From: Octopus bimaculoides
Lineage: Eukaryota
NCBI RefSeq assembly: GCF_001194135.2
Contig: NC_068998.1
Span: 46,056,748-46,120,747, forward strand
Reading direction: 5' to 3'
DNA length: 64,000 nucleotides
Position numbers and translations under genes: made by a program. Positions 1 to 11,991 of the stretch are shown piece after piece. Below the pieces are notes generated by a model. It was not told the DNA's origin, made no database searches, and saw nothing but the letters and a program-made list of their open reading frames with translations. Numbering within the stretch: position 1 is the first letter of the stretch; every line of letters begins with the position of its first letter.

Positions 1-282
1 CAATCAACACTACCACTTTAGCACCACCATCACTAACACTATCACCACTACCATCACTATCACCACCACTGCCATCACCACCACCTCTACCACCCCTACC
101 ATCTTCACAGTTATTGCTAGTGATTAACCATTATTATCATCATCAACAGAATTTTGTAATTAACTTCATGAACGCTAACAAATATTGCCATCAAATATAC
201 AGACAGCTATACCACTGTACACCCACAGGTATATTCTGCTATATACACACACCAATGTATACACACATCACTGTAGACATAC

Positions 283-429
283 CTCTTTCTCTTTTTCATC
301 CTTCAACTCCAGAAGTTCTCGGTTCAACAGCTCAATGTCATCCAAGGCCTTCTGTAGACGTTCATCACCAAAATCTTGACACAGTAAAATCCTGCTTTGT
401 CTCTTTATCACCTCTGTCTCATGGTGCAA
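283..429 (-). CDS. SHTN1: Shootin-1-like, exon H (147 nt, phase 0 to 0): LHHETEVIKRQSRILLCQDFGDERLQKALDDIELLNRELLELKDEKEKE; gene continues beyond the left edge
   Basis: Acceptor tttccatatcag and donor GAG|gtatgt. Strong match to Shootin-1 'EQNKLKRQSHLLLQSSIPDQQLLKALDENAKL'. Confidence 0.93.
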
Positions 430-1517
430 CTGATATGGAAATATATAAATATACAAGCTTGGTGATGCAAAATAAAACTCAAAACATGAGTGTGTATATA
501 TATATATATATATATATCTCTTTTTTTTATTAATATTTAGAATTAGTTTGATAAGTGTTAATGCATGAAACTCTTGACTCTTGATTCCCTCTATTGCTTC
601 TGCTAGATATCAATATATATAAGTCAGTAAATAGTGGGGTTGTGTTCACCGCACGTGGAGAAATAATAGGAAAATGAAGAATAAGGCAGAATGCTAAACT
701 GGAAGCATATTTTAATAAAGATTTCTAACCGGTTTTCATTGCGAAGCAAATTATCAAGAAGGAGAATGAAAATGTTTTTTACAAAGAAGTACAAAATTAA
801 GAAAANNNNNNNNNNNNNNNNNNNNNNNNNNNNNNNNNNNNNNNNNNNNNNNNNNNNNNNNNNNNNNNNNNNNNNNNNNNNNNNNNNNNNNNNNNNNNNN
901 NNNNNNNNNNNNNNNNNNNNNNNNNNNNNNNNNNNNNNNNNNNNNNNNNNNNNNNNNNNNNNNNNNNNNNNNNNNNNNNNNNNNNNNNNNNNNNNNNNNN
1001 NNNNNNNNNNNNNNNNNNNNNNNNNNNNNNNNNNNNNNNNNNNNNNNNNNNNNNNNNNNNNNNNNNNNNNNNNNNTTTCAACAGGAAGTTCATGTCTGTT
1101 GACAAAGAGTTCATAACTCCAACTAAAAAGATTTGTCTCCCCTTACACACACTTCCTGTTTTGACACCACACTTCCAGCTTAACACATAAACTTTTAGCT
1201 CCTTTTCTCTTTTTTTAAACCTAACACAACACTCAATTTTCTTGCATCCTTATTTTTCCAACCATTATCTACATGGATTACCATTGAAATTTAAGAGCTC
1301 AAAGACAATATAATGTATTGGTATGTTTATTTTTTTATATATTATTTTTTTTATATATTATTTTCTTCATTTTGTACTTCTTTGTAAAAAACATTTTCAT
1401 TCTCCTTCTTGATAATTTGCTTCACAATGAAAGCTGGTTAGAAATCTTTATTAAAATATGCTTCCAGTTTAGCATTCTGCCTTATTCTTCATTTTCCTAT
1501 ATATATATATATATATA

Positions 1518-2100
1518 TGAGGGAGAGTCAAAAATTATACACACTCTTATTTTTCTGATGTATTTACACAAAATCAGGAGATAAAGAAGTACGTCATTTT
1601 CCTATATAGTCTCTTTCTTATCATTGCACTTGGTCCAGCAATCCACAAGCTTGCATTTTCCCTCCAAGAAGAAGGCTTTTTGGTTGGTTGTACAACCATT
1701 TATGCACCGCTTTCTTCACATCTTCATCTGTAGGAAATCGATAACCTCATAAACCATTTTGAGCAGTCCAAAGATATGATAGTTGGAAAGGGTGAAATCT
1801 GGGCTGTAGGCAGGGTGTTCCAGCACCTCAAGACCCAATCGGTTAATAGTTTCAACGGCCTGGGCAGCCGTGTGTGCGCATGCATTGTCATGCAGCAACA
1901 AAGCTACACTTGTGCTCTGCAGTAAGCTTTTTTGACACCCATCTTGCACAGAATTTATGGAAGCTGAGAGCTTCGTGGATGATTTGATAGGGAGAACCAT
2001 GATTAATCTGCAGAGAATGAGCAGAGGAATCGGCTCACTGCTCTTTGTTCTTCTTTGGTGCACATTGCTAATGGAGTGGCCATGCTTACACTGTAAATCC
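1518..2100 (-). mobile_element. Internally deleted mariner (DD34D) transposon
   Basis: Fragments MATPLAMCTKEEQRAV (ATG at 2083), QIIHEALSFHKFCARWVSKKLTAEHK (WVPHEL-like) and LLHDNACAH...HPAYSPD...YHIFG are joined by deletions. A TIR-like 'tgagggagagtcaaaaatta' follows TA at 1518. Confidence 0.88.
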
Positions 2101-2160
2101 AGAAAGAAAAATGGCTTGATATAAAGTAAACACACAACAGATACAATGATATGCACATAC

Positions 2161-2255
2161 CTTCTTTGCATATTGTTCTGCTTCATTACGACACTGTCGT
2201 TCTTCATTGTATTTTTTGCGTATGTCTTCGTATTCTTCATAGGAACTTTCGTAAA
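2161..2255 (-). CDS. SHTN1: Shootin-1-like, exon G (95 nt, phase 1 to 0): VYESSYEEYEDIRKKYNEERQCRNEAEQYAKK
   Basis: Acceptor ctctttgttccag and donor AAG|gtatgt. Resembles Shootin-1 'VEEYEEMQVNLELEKDLRKKAESFAQE'. This frame is not shown in the ORF track. Confidence 0.92.
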
Positions 2256-2724
2256 CTGGAACAAAGAGAATTAACAGACATTAAGAAACAGCAACAGACC
2301 CACTGTGAGACTATAGTAGTGCATAACACACACTCACAAACACATATACACATATAACACACCAGTGCATAAAATGTATCCCCTCCCCCTGCTAGTGCAC
2401 AGCACATACACACAAAGACAGATGAATATATATATATAAATACATATACCACATAACACACCACTAGACACACATTCACACATACACACACATGCATCTA
2501 TATATATATTCATACACCACACAATACACAGGCCACATACATAGATATAAATATAGTACAAAACCCATTACACACTTACATACACATAACTTCGCACACA
2601 CACACACACACAGATATATGCACATATATCATAAGGCACACACACACACACACACACACATAAATATACATATAGAACATAACACATCAGACAACCCAAT
2701 TTTTTCAAAAACAAACATATTCAC

Positions 2725-2806
2725 CTCTTCGGAATTCTTCCAAAGTCTCTCTGTATTGTTTCAGCGCTCCTTTCATTTCTTTGTTGTCTTTTTCAACAGT
2801 AACTAA
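2725..2806 (-). CDS. SHTN1: Shootin-1-like, exon F (82 nt, phase 0 to 1): LVTVEKDNKEMKGALKQYRETLEEFRR
   Basis: Acceptor ttctctacttccag and donor GAG|gtgaat. In frame with both neighbours. Confidence 0.9.
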
Positions 2807-3194
2807 CTGGAAGTAGAGAAGAAGAACAACCATAGATTTGCCATGAACACCACAACATCTCCACATTCTCTTTACTTTTCACCTGTGATATGACAGACAT
2901 GCAACTGTTGAGTGTATTATCACACACATACACACACACACATACACACACACACACACATACACAGTACATGGAAAAGATTAAAATCTGAGCTATGTCC
3001 TCAAGAAGTACTTCTACTAATATTATTTTTGAAACTCAGTCAAAGCAAATACACTTGGATACTTAAAGAAATGTATTTAGATATCATAATGTTATAAATT
3101 CATTGTATACATTTTAATATTTTATGGTCATGAAATGGATTTTTCATATTGTATTGAAATAATTGTAACTACAGAATTAAAAATAATACCATAA

Positions 3195-4108
3195 NNNNNN
3201 NNNNNNNNNNNNNNNNNNNNNNNNNNNNNNNNNNNNNNNNNNNNNNNNNNNNNNNNNNNNNNNNNNNNNNNNNNNNNNNNNNNNNNNNNNNNNNNNNNNN
3301 NNNNNNNNNNNNNNNNNNNNNNNNNNNNNNNNNNNNNNNNNNNNNNNNNNNNNNNNNNNNNNNNNNNNNNNNNNNNNNNNNNNNNNNNNNNNNNNNNNNN
3401 NNNNNNNNNNNNNNNNNNNNNNNNNNNNNNNNNNNNNNNNNNNNNNNNNNNNNNNNNNNNNNNNNNNNNNNNNNNNNNNNNNNNNNNNNNNNNNNNNNNN
3501 NNNNNNNNNNNNNNNNNNNNNNNNNNNNNNNNNNNNNNNNNNNNNNNNNNNNNNNNNNNNNNNNNNNNNNNNNNNNNNNNNNNNNNNNNNNNNNNNNNNN
3601 NNNNNNNNNNNNNNNNNNNNNNNNNNNNNNNNNNNNNNNNNNNNNNNNNNNNNNNNNNNNNNNNNNNNNNNNNNNNNNNNNNNNNNNNNNNNNNNNNNNN
3701 NNNNNNNNNNNNNNNNNNNNNNNNNNNNNNNNNNNNNNNNNNNNNNNNNNNNNNNNNNNNNNNNNNNNNNNNNNNNNNNNNNNNNNNNNNNNNNNNNNNN
3801 NNNNNNNNNNNNNNNNNNNNNNNNNNNNNNNNNNNNNNNNNNNNNNNNNNNNNNNNNNNNNNNNNNNNNNNNNNNNNNNNNNNNNNNNNNNNNNNNNNNN
3901 NNNNNNNNNNNNNNNNNNNNNNNNNNNNNNNNNNNNNNNNNNNNNNNNNNNNNNNNNNNNNNNNNNNNNNNNNNNNNNNNNNNNNNNNNNNNNNNNNNNN
4001 NNNNNNNNNNNNNNNNNNNNNNNNNNNNNNNNNNNNNNNNNNNNNNNNNNNNNNNNNNNNNNNNNNNNNNNNNNNNNNNNNNNNNNNNNNNNNNNNNNNN
4101 NNNNNNNN
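3195..4108. other. Largest assembly gap; others at 806-1075, 5002-5367, 6295-6911, 32240-32992, 38107-38723, 39848-39857, 40170-40269, 42520-42925, 43872-44373, 49248-49595 and ~56273-56324
   Basis: N runs, mostly abutting (TA)n tracts or young RTE ends. Confidence 0.98.
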
Positions 4109-4879
4109 TATATATATATATATATATATGTATGTATATATGTATGTATAATGGATGAGTTAAAATAATGCTCATTATATATAATTTCTTTATTATAGCA
4201 AATTTGGCTTACAACTGCTTCCAGTAGCCATTATAGATAGGTTTACTCAATTGGTCTATTAATCAATTGAGGTAAAGTGAACTACCTAAGAAAATCAATG
4301 ATACCTTCATCAAAGCCATTGCTGAAAATAACAAACAGAGCACCTGAAGAATGGCGATTGTATGGGGAAAATGGGGGAAGATTGAGATGTTTAAGTAGAA
4401 CAGGTAAAGGCAGGTTACAATGGGGTAGTAGCGGTTGAGGGAGTGGTACTTAGTAGAAGTAGCAGTAATAATATGAGTAGTAGTAGTATTAGGAGTTGGA
4501 GTATTAGAGACAGTCACAAACATAGCTCAGCAACATTACCTTATTGGCATTGTATATAGATCAGATATTCTCCAGCCCATGTGATAATCCCTCACTATTT
4601 CTTATATATATATAGATAGATAGATATTCTTTTACTTGTTTCAGTCATTTGGCTGCAGCCATGCCGGAGCATCATCTTTAGTCGAACGGATCAACCCCAG
4701 GTTTTATTCTTTGTAAGCCTAGTACTTATTCTATCGGCTTCATTCGCCAAACCACTAAGTTACGGGGATGTAAACACACCAATATCGGTTGTCAAGCAAT
4801 GATGGGGGCGACAAACACACACACAAATACATACATACATATATATATGTACGTATATATACATATATATATGTATGTT

Positions 4880-4925
<46 letters not shown>

Positions 4926-5687
4926 CACACACACACAATGGGCTTCTTTCAGTTTTCGTCTACCAAATCCACTAACAAGGCTTTGGTCAACCCGAGGTTA
5001 TNNNNNNNNNNNNNNNNNNNNNNNNNNNNNNNNNNNNNNNNNNNNNNNNNNNNNNNNNNNNNNNNNNNNNNNNNNNNNNNNNNNNNNNNNNNNNNNNNNN
5101 NNNNNNNNNNNNNNNNNNNNNNNNNNNNNNNNNNNNNNNNNNNNNNNNNNNNNNNNNNNNNNNNNNNNNNNNNNNNNNNNNNNNNNNNNNNNNNNNNNNN
5201 NNNNNNNNNNNNNNNNNNNNNNNNNNNNNNNNNNNNNNNNNNNNNNNNNNNNNNNNNNNNNNNNNNNNNNNNNNNNNNNNNNNNNNNNNNNNNNNNNNNN
5301 NNNNNNNNNNNNNNNNNNNNNNNNNNNNNNNNNNNNNNNNNNNNNNNNNNNNNNNNNNNNNNNNNNNTATATATATATATATATATATATATTAGGAAAA
5401 ATAATAATCAGGTACTCAGATGTCTGGATGGTTGTACATTTACAGATTTTCATTCATATGTCACATGTTTTATAAATTAGCGCTTTCACCTAGTCTTGTA
5501 GGGTTATCAAATTTTGATCACCCTACAAAACTCTATGGTAGAAGCCACTCGCCCAAGCTGTCACACAGTGGGACTAAACCCAGAACCATGTGGTTGGGAA
5601 GCAAGCTTCTTGCCACACAGTCATGCTTTTAAATGTGTTTGTTAGTGTGACTAACCCTAACCCTAACCCTGCAACTTCCCAACTTAC

Positions 5688-5785
5688 CCTCTCTTTGGTT
5701 TCTCGATTCTCTTCTTCTCGGTTGTTCTGTTCCTCTTGGAGTTCATTATTCTTTAACTTCATTTCAGCCACTTTATTCTGTAGAT
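5688..5785 (-). CDS. SHTN1: Shootin-1-like, exon E (98 nt, phase 1 to 0): DLQNKVAEMKLKNNELQEEQNNREEENRETKER
   Basis: Acceptor cctttctcag and donor AGG|gtaagt. Coiled-coil composition; in frame. Confidence 0.9.
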
Positions 5786-6074
5786 CTGAGAAAGGATAAT
5801 CAGACATTACGTATGTGCGTGTGTGTGTGTGTGGCGTGGGGGGGGGATGTACATAAATGCAAATGCATATACAATTAAGGTTGTGGTAGATGCATGTATA
5901 CATACACACACACCATCATCATCATCATCATCATTGGTTTAACATCTGCTTTTCCATGCTTGCTTGAGTTGGTCTCTTTGCCAAACCACTAAGTTAAGGG
6001 GACATAAACACCAGTCATCAAGTGGTGATGGGGGGCAAACACTGTCACAAAGACACACACATAGGTTTATATAT

Positions 6075-6294
6075 CGTTCATCGTTTAACGTCCGCTTTCC
6101 ATGCTAGCATGGGTTGGACGATTTGACTGAGGACTGGTGAAACCGGATGGCAACACCAGGCTCCAGTCTGATTTGGCAGAGTTTCTACAGCTGGATGCCC
6201 TTCCTAACGCCAACCACTCAGAGAGTGTAGTGGGTGCTTTTACGTGTCACCCGCACGAAAACGGCCATGCTCGAAATGGTGTCTTTTATGTGCC
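6075..6294 (-). mobile_element. RTE-LINE 3' end (young copy), abutting a gap
   Basis: Nearly identical to 31990-32210. Confidence 0.85.
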
Positions 6295-6912
6295 NNNNNN
6301 NNNNNNNNNNNNNNNNNNNNNNNNNNNNNNNNNNNNNNNNNNNNNNNNNNNNNNNNNNNNNNNNNNNNNNNNNNNNNNNNNNNNNNNNNNNNNNNNNNNN
6401 NNNNNNNNNNNNNNNNNNNNNNNNNNNNNNNNNNNNNNNNNNNNNNNNNNNNNNNNNNNNNNNNNNNNNNNNNNNNNNNNNNNNNNNNNNNNNNNNNNNN
6501 NNNNNNNNNNNNNNNNNNNNNNNNNNNNNNNNNNNNNNNNNNNNNNNNNNNNNNNNNNNNNNNNNNNNNNNNNNNNNNNNNNNNNNNNNNNNNNNNNNNN
6601 NNNNNNNNNNNNNNNNNNNNNNNNNNNNNNNNNNNNNNNNNNNNNNNNNNNNNNNNNNNNNNNNNNNNNNNNNNNNNNNNNNNNNNNNNNNNNNNNNNNN
6701 NNNNNNNNNNNNNNNNNNNNNNNNNNNNNNNNNNNNNNNNNNNNNNNNNNNNNNNNNNNNNNNNNNNNNNNNNNNNNNNNNNNNNNNNNNNNNNNNNNNN
6801 NNNNNNNNNNNNNNNNNNNNNNNNNNNNNNNNNNNNNNNNNNNNNNNNNNNNNNNNNNNNNNNNNNNNNNNNNNNNNNNNNNNNNNNNNNNNNNNNNNNN
6901 NNNNNNNNNNNN

Positions 6913-6965
<53 letters not shown>

Positions 6966-7229
6966 CAATCCCAGAAACCTTTACAGTTACAGTGTATAAA
7001 CATGTGACGTTAACCATCTCTCCATACCCTCTCGCACCACACACATTCCTGCTATGCAATGGGAATTTGTTAAGCCTGAATTCCATCAAGAGATGATGAT
7101 GATGATAGAAAGATAATTTGTTAAAATAATTTCAAATATGGTATTTCTGAGTCACCGTTTGATATTTCTACTGCACTGAGCTGTCAACTTTTTATTCTCA
7201 CCCGGCATACAGCCAACTACTATTTCCTT

Positions 7230-8200
7230 CCATCTTTCATGTCTGTCTTCTGTCCATCTGTCAGTCTATCTGTCTATCTATCTGTCTGTCTGTCCATCCC
7301 TCCTTCTGTTTATCTGTCTATCTAGGTAACTATCCAGTTATCTATCTATCATCTGTCTATCTAGCTGACTTTCTACTTACCTCCTTTTCTCTCTCCCTGT
7401 CTATCTATCATTCTATCTCTGTCTTTCTGACTGACTCTCTATTTGTCTGTCTCCCTATCTATCTAATCTATCTATCTATCTTTGGATGTATCTATCTACC
7501 CATCCACCCACTCATCCACTCATCAGTATATATCAGTTTGTCTTAATGCCTGAATATTTGTATCTGTTTGACTGTCTATTAATTATTCTAATTAAATTAT
7601 TCTAATTAACTAAATATTTAATCAATATACCAAGCAACCTATTCGTTGATGCACTACTTCCCTTGTCTGTATATCTATCCGTCAACCAACTATCAATCAA
7701 TCCATCCACCCCTTTTGTCTATCTATCTACCCATCCCTTTTGATCAAACTCCTTTTTCCTTCCTACGATCCCTTTTGATCCACACCACCCTACTTCCTTT
7801 TTTTCCCTTCCCCCTCCCCAAAAGAAAAGCTCTACATTGTATTTGTTCAATCTTTGTTGAGCCCTGTGTGGCTAATAAAAGAAATGTATCTACCCACCCA
7901 TCTATCTACCCACTCATCTACCCAACTTCTACCCACTCATCTACCCAACTATCTACCCCTCTACCCAACTATCTACCCCTCTACCCATCTATCTACCCGT
8001 CTACCCATCTATCCATTTATCTACCCATCTATCCATCCATCCATCCATTCATCCATCCATCCATTCATCCATCCATCCATATCAATCTATCTATCTCTAT
8101 CTATCTACATCTGTCTATCTATCTACCCATCTATCCACCCATCTATCTATCCATCCATCCATCATTCTGCCTATTTGTCTATACATCTATTTTTATCTAC
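7230..8200. repeat. Compound tetranucleotide tracts (TCTA/TCTG/TCCA/ACCC)n
   Basis: Seen directly. Confidence 0.85.
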
Positions 8201-8434
8201 AAACGGAAAACATCAACAGTTCCTTCTTACCCTGGGACATAAAACAAAACAAACCAACACCAACACCCCCCCACCACCACCACCACCGCATGCCACAGCC
8301 ACCCCTACCCCACAATCCATTTCATCTAACCACCATCACTTCCACACCTTCACTGCCACCACCGTCACCCACACACCTCCCAATTCACCCCTTCACCCTA
8401 ATCTTCCCAATCCGTTGTCTGTCCCATCCTTTAC

Positions 8435-8600
8435 CTTCCAGTTGATTCTGGTAATGGATTCTCTCCTCTGAATCCTCGTTCTGCTGACCACCATCTTCCT
8501 TCTCTATATCGATCTCAAACACGCGAAGGTCTGTGTTCAAATCTAGTTTCGACAGCAAATCTTGGCTCTTCCGACGCAGTTCTTTATTTTCTTTGGTCAC
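8435..8600 (-). CDS. SHTN1: Shootin-1-like, exon D (166 nt, phase 0 to 1): [55 protein letters not shown]
   Basis: Acceptor ctttgcttccag and donor AAG|gtaaag. Resembles Shootin-1 'LNKENKTLKRISMLYMAKL...EEINIDDED'. Confidence 0.92.
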
Positions 8601-8793
8601 CTGGAAGCAAAGAGACAACAAATTCAAATGACATGGAGATGTATTCTTATACACACACACACACACACACACATACACACACTTTCTCTCTCTCTCCCTC
8701 TCTCACACAAGTACACACTTTCTCTCTCTCTCACTCACACACAAGCACACACACTTTCTATTTTCTTCACATAAACATTCCCTTTCACTTACA

Positions 8794-8866
<73 letters not shown>

Positions 8867-9463
8867 CCTCTCTCTCTCTCTCTTTCTCTTTCTCTTACAC
8901 ACACGTTCTCTTTCACTTACACACACACAAACACACACACACACACACACACTCTCTCACTCATTTTCTCTCTCTCACTCATTTTCTCTCTCTCACTCAT
9001 TTTCTCTCTCTCTCTCTCACTCGATTTCTCTCTCTCTCTCACTCATTTTCACTTTCTCTCTCTCACTCACTTTCTCTCTCACACAAGCACACAAGGAAAT
9101 TTTTTTTTTTTACATTTCACAGGTCTCAGTACTTTCAAAGACCTGTGAAATGTAAAATAAATTTCCTTTACCTGAAAAACAGGTGAGGGTTGGCAACTGG
9201 AAGAGCTTCAAGTAATAAAACCCTCTCTCAATATCAATTGCCATCCAAGCTATACTAACATACGAAAAAGAAAAAAAAACATCTGTCAACCACACAGATT
9301 CACATAGCTGTTGAAGTCCAAATTCTAGTGATGACATTTTGTTCAACAGTTAAAGACAAAACCTTTGATTATGTATTGGAAAAATTCAAAGAACCAGACG
9401 CAATCAATATAAGTTTTCAACATATAACCAACTCTATGGTTCATATAAATGTGTTGTACTTAC

Positions 9464-9558
9464 TTTCGATGCATACTTTTCAGCTTCTTGTCGACAATCT
9501 GATTCAATTTGATATTTAGCTTTCAGAAATTGGTATTCCTTCCACACTGGTTCCAATA
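9464..9558 (-). CDS. SHTN1: Shootin-1-like, exon C (95 nt, phase 1 to 0): LLEPVWKEYQFLKAKYQIESDCRQEAEKYASK
   Basis: Acceptor ccttttattttag and donor AAA|gtaagt. Resembles Shootin-1 'HLEIEKTCRESAEALATK'. Lies in ORF 9434..9667. Confidence 0.92.
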
Positions 9559-9894
9559 CTAAATAAAAGGAGGAAAATGGAGAGACAAAGAACACAAATG
9601 TAAACAGATAAAGAATATGATACACACAAGCACACACATATATACATGTATATATATATATTCCCATTTAAACATGGATGTTCTGTTTGAACAGACTTTA
9701 CTGTGATATTTGCTATGAGAGAAACTCTCATTTGGGATTTTAGTGCAAATGCACACTTGTTGGGTTATATCACTAGTGAGGAAATAACAGCACTCCAACT
9801 CAAGTGTTGAGGCCATGAAATCTTATGATTTTGAGATCCTTTGATCACATCGGTGATAGATGCTCAACCGCAAGAGATAGCAGTGACTATATCA

Positions 9895-10530
9895 TCATCA
9901 TCATCATCATCATCATCATCGTTTAACGTCCGCTTTCCAAGCTAGCATGGGTTGGACGATTTGACTGAGGACTGGTGAAACCGGATGGCAACACCAGGCT
10001 CCAATCTAATTTGGCAGAGTTTCTACAGCTGGATGCCCTTCCTAACGCCAACCACTCAGAGAGTGTAGTGGGTGCTTTTACGTGTCGCCCGCACGAAAAC
10101 GGCCACGCTCAAAATGGTGTCTTTTATGTGCCACCTGCACAAGAGCCAGTCCAGGGGCACTGGCAACGATCTCGCTCGAAAACCCTACAAGGCCAGTCAG
10201 GCGGTACTGGCAATGGTCACGCTCAAAGATATATATATATATATCATTATCATTTAACATCCGCTTTCCATGCTGGCATGGGTTGGATGGTTTGACTGAG
10301 GACTGGCAAGCCAGTAGGCTGCACCAGGCTCCAATCTGACCTGGCAAGGTTTCTATAGCTGGACGCTCTTCCTAGCACCAACCACTCTGGGAGTGTAGTG
10401 GGTGCTTTTTACATGCCATTGGCATGGGAGCCAGTCAGGGGGCACTGGCATTGACCACATTTGGGTGGTACTTTTTACGTGCCACCTGTACAGAAGCCAG
10501 TTGGAGCACTGGCATCAACTACATTCGGAT
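9895..10530 (-). mobile_element. Two tandem RTE-LINE 3' end copies (young 9895-10225, older 10245-10530)
   Basis: (CAT)n-gtttaacgtccgctttcc... sequence shared with 31980-32239. Confidence 0.8.
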
Positions 10531-10536
10531 GGTGCT

Positions 10537-10598
<62 letters not shown>

Positions 10599-11307
10599 CA
10601 TAGTAGCCATGCTAACCAAATTCCTTCTTAGTTCCCATAAAACCATTATAAATGCCAGTGGCCCATTGACAGACTTCATTGATCTCAACCAAAAAAAAAC
10701 ATAAAAAACCCCAAAGAAAACCAAAAAACCCCACTTCAATGAGAAGCAATGACAAATTGTTTTACATTATTATACACAATAATTGCTGCTGCTGATGTTA
10801 CTACAACTACTAACTGCAACAATATCAACAACAATAATAATCCTTTTTTGCTGCTAAGCATTTTCCCCTGTGTACTAACAACAGCAATAAAAATAATGGT
10901 TTCAAATTTTTCCACAAGGGCAGCAATTTTGGGGGATGGGATGAGTTGGTTACATTGACCCCAGTGTTCAACTGGTACTTATTTTATCACCCCTGAAAGG
11001 ATGAAAGGCAAAGTCGACCTTGCTGGAATTTGAACTCAGAACTTAGCACAAGTCCTGAATTTTTTTTGTGGGCGGATAGGCTATTCGATTACATTGATCC
11101 CAGTACATAACTGGTACTTATTTCATTGACCCTGAAAGGATGAAAGGCAAAGTTGACCTTGGCAGAATTTGAACTTAGTGGTATTTCGTCTGTCTTTACG
11201 CTCTAAGCATTTCTCCCGGCATGCTAATAATTCTGCCAGCTCACCGCCTTAATGATAATAATAATAATAATAATAATAATCATAATAATAATGGTACAAC
11301 TACTTAC

Positions 11308-11368
11308 ATTTAGTGAGATCTTCGAACTTATCTTCAAGTGAAGTTTTCGCTCGGATAAGTTTTCCTCT
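11308..11368 (-). CDS. SHTN1: Shootin-1-like, exon B (61 nt, phase 0 to 1): RGKLIRAKTSLEDKFEDLTK
   Basis: Acceptor tttctcttttcag and donor AAT|gtaagt. Phases fit both neighbours. Confidence 0.88.
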
Positions 11369-11560
11369 CTGAAAAGAGAAATAAGAAATGACAACACTAA
11401 TATACATGTGTATATATGTATGTATGTGCATATGCATGTGTGTCTACACACACATACAAGCTTTGACAACTGAAGGTAAATTGAGGAAGGTGATGTAGAT
11501 GACACTCACGGATGGGTGGATGGATGGGTCTCAGTCAGTTCTTAGGGATGAGAATTTAGT

Positions 11561-11991
11561 TGTAGCAAACTCATAAGAGGCGGAGAGAGAACGTAAGTTC
11601 GTTTGCCCGAACATGAGAAATTATTGATTTCTCATTGGTTAAAAATTACTGCCCATATACGAATTATGAACTTCGTTGAAGAAATCTTTCACGGAGTTAC
11701 GGTTCTATGATTCGAGTATGAGTAATTATAAAAACCCTGATTTTCGGCAAAATCTCCAGTGTTCGTGGATTTGAGTGGCTGTCCAACAAACACTGGAGAT
11801 TATGCCGAAAATCAGGGTTTTTATAACTACTCATACACGAATCATAGAAGCGTAACCCCGTGAAAGATTTCTTCAACGAAGTTCATAATTCGTATATGGG
11901 CAGTAATTTTTAACCAATGAGAAATCAATAATTTCTCATGTTCGGGCAAACGAACTTACGTTCTCTCTCCGCCTCTTATGAGTTTGCTACA
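11561..11991. mobile_element. 431-bp foldback element or MITE (203-bp inverted arms, 25-nt spacer)
   Basis: 11561-11763 is the reverse complement of 11789-11991; I counted 5 mismatches. Confidence 0.9.

Noticed and set aside
1-130. (CAC/ACC)n tract as the expected poly-Pro exon
   Set aside because: On the gene strand it reads (GGT)n (Gly/Val/Trp) and has no splice signals.
1076-1122. Possible Shootin exon 'VGVMNSLSTDMNFLLK' running into the 806-1075 gap
   Set aside because: The true phase 1-to-0 exon is at 2161-2255, with clear homology, and it joins exon H directly. No exon is missing here.
7854-8471. Plus-strand ORF with PPPPPPP resembling the Shootin proline-rich region
   Set aside because: Wrong strand, and built from tetranucleotide and (CCA)n repeats.
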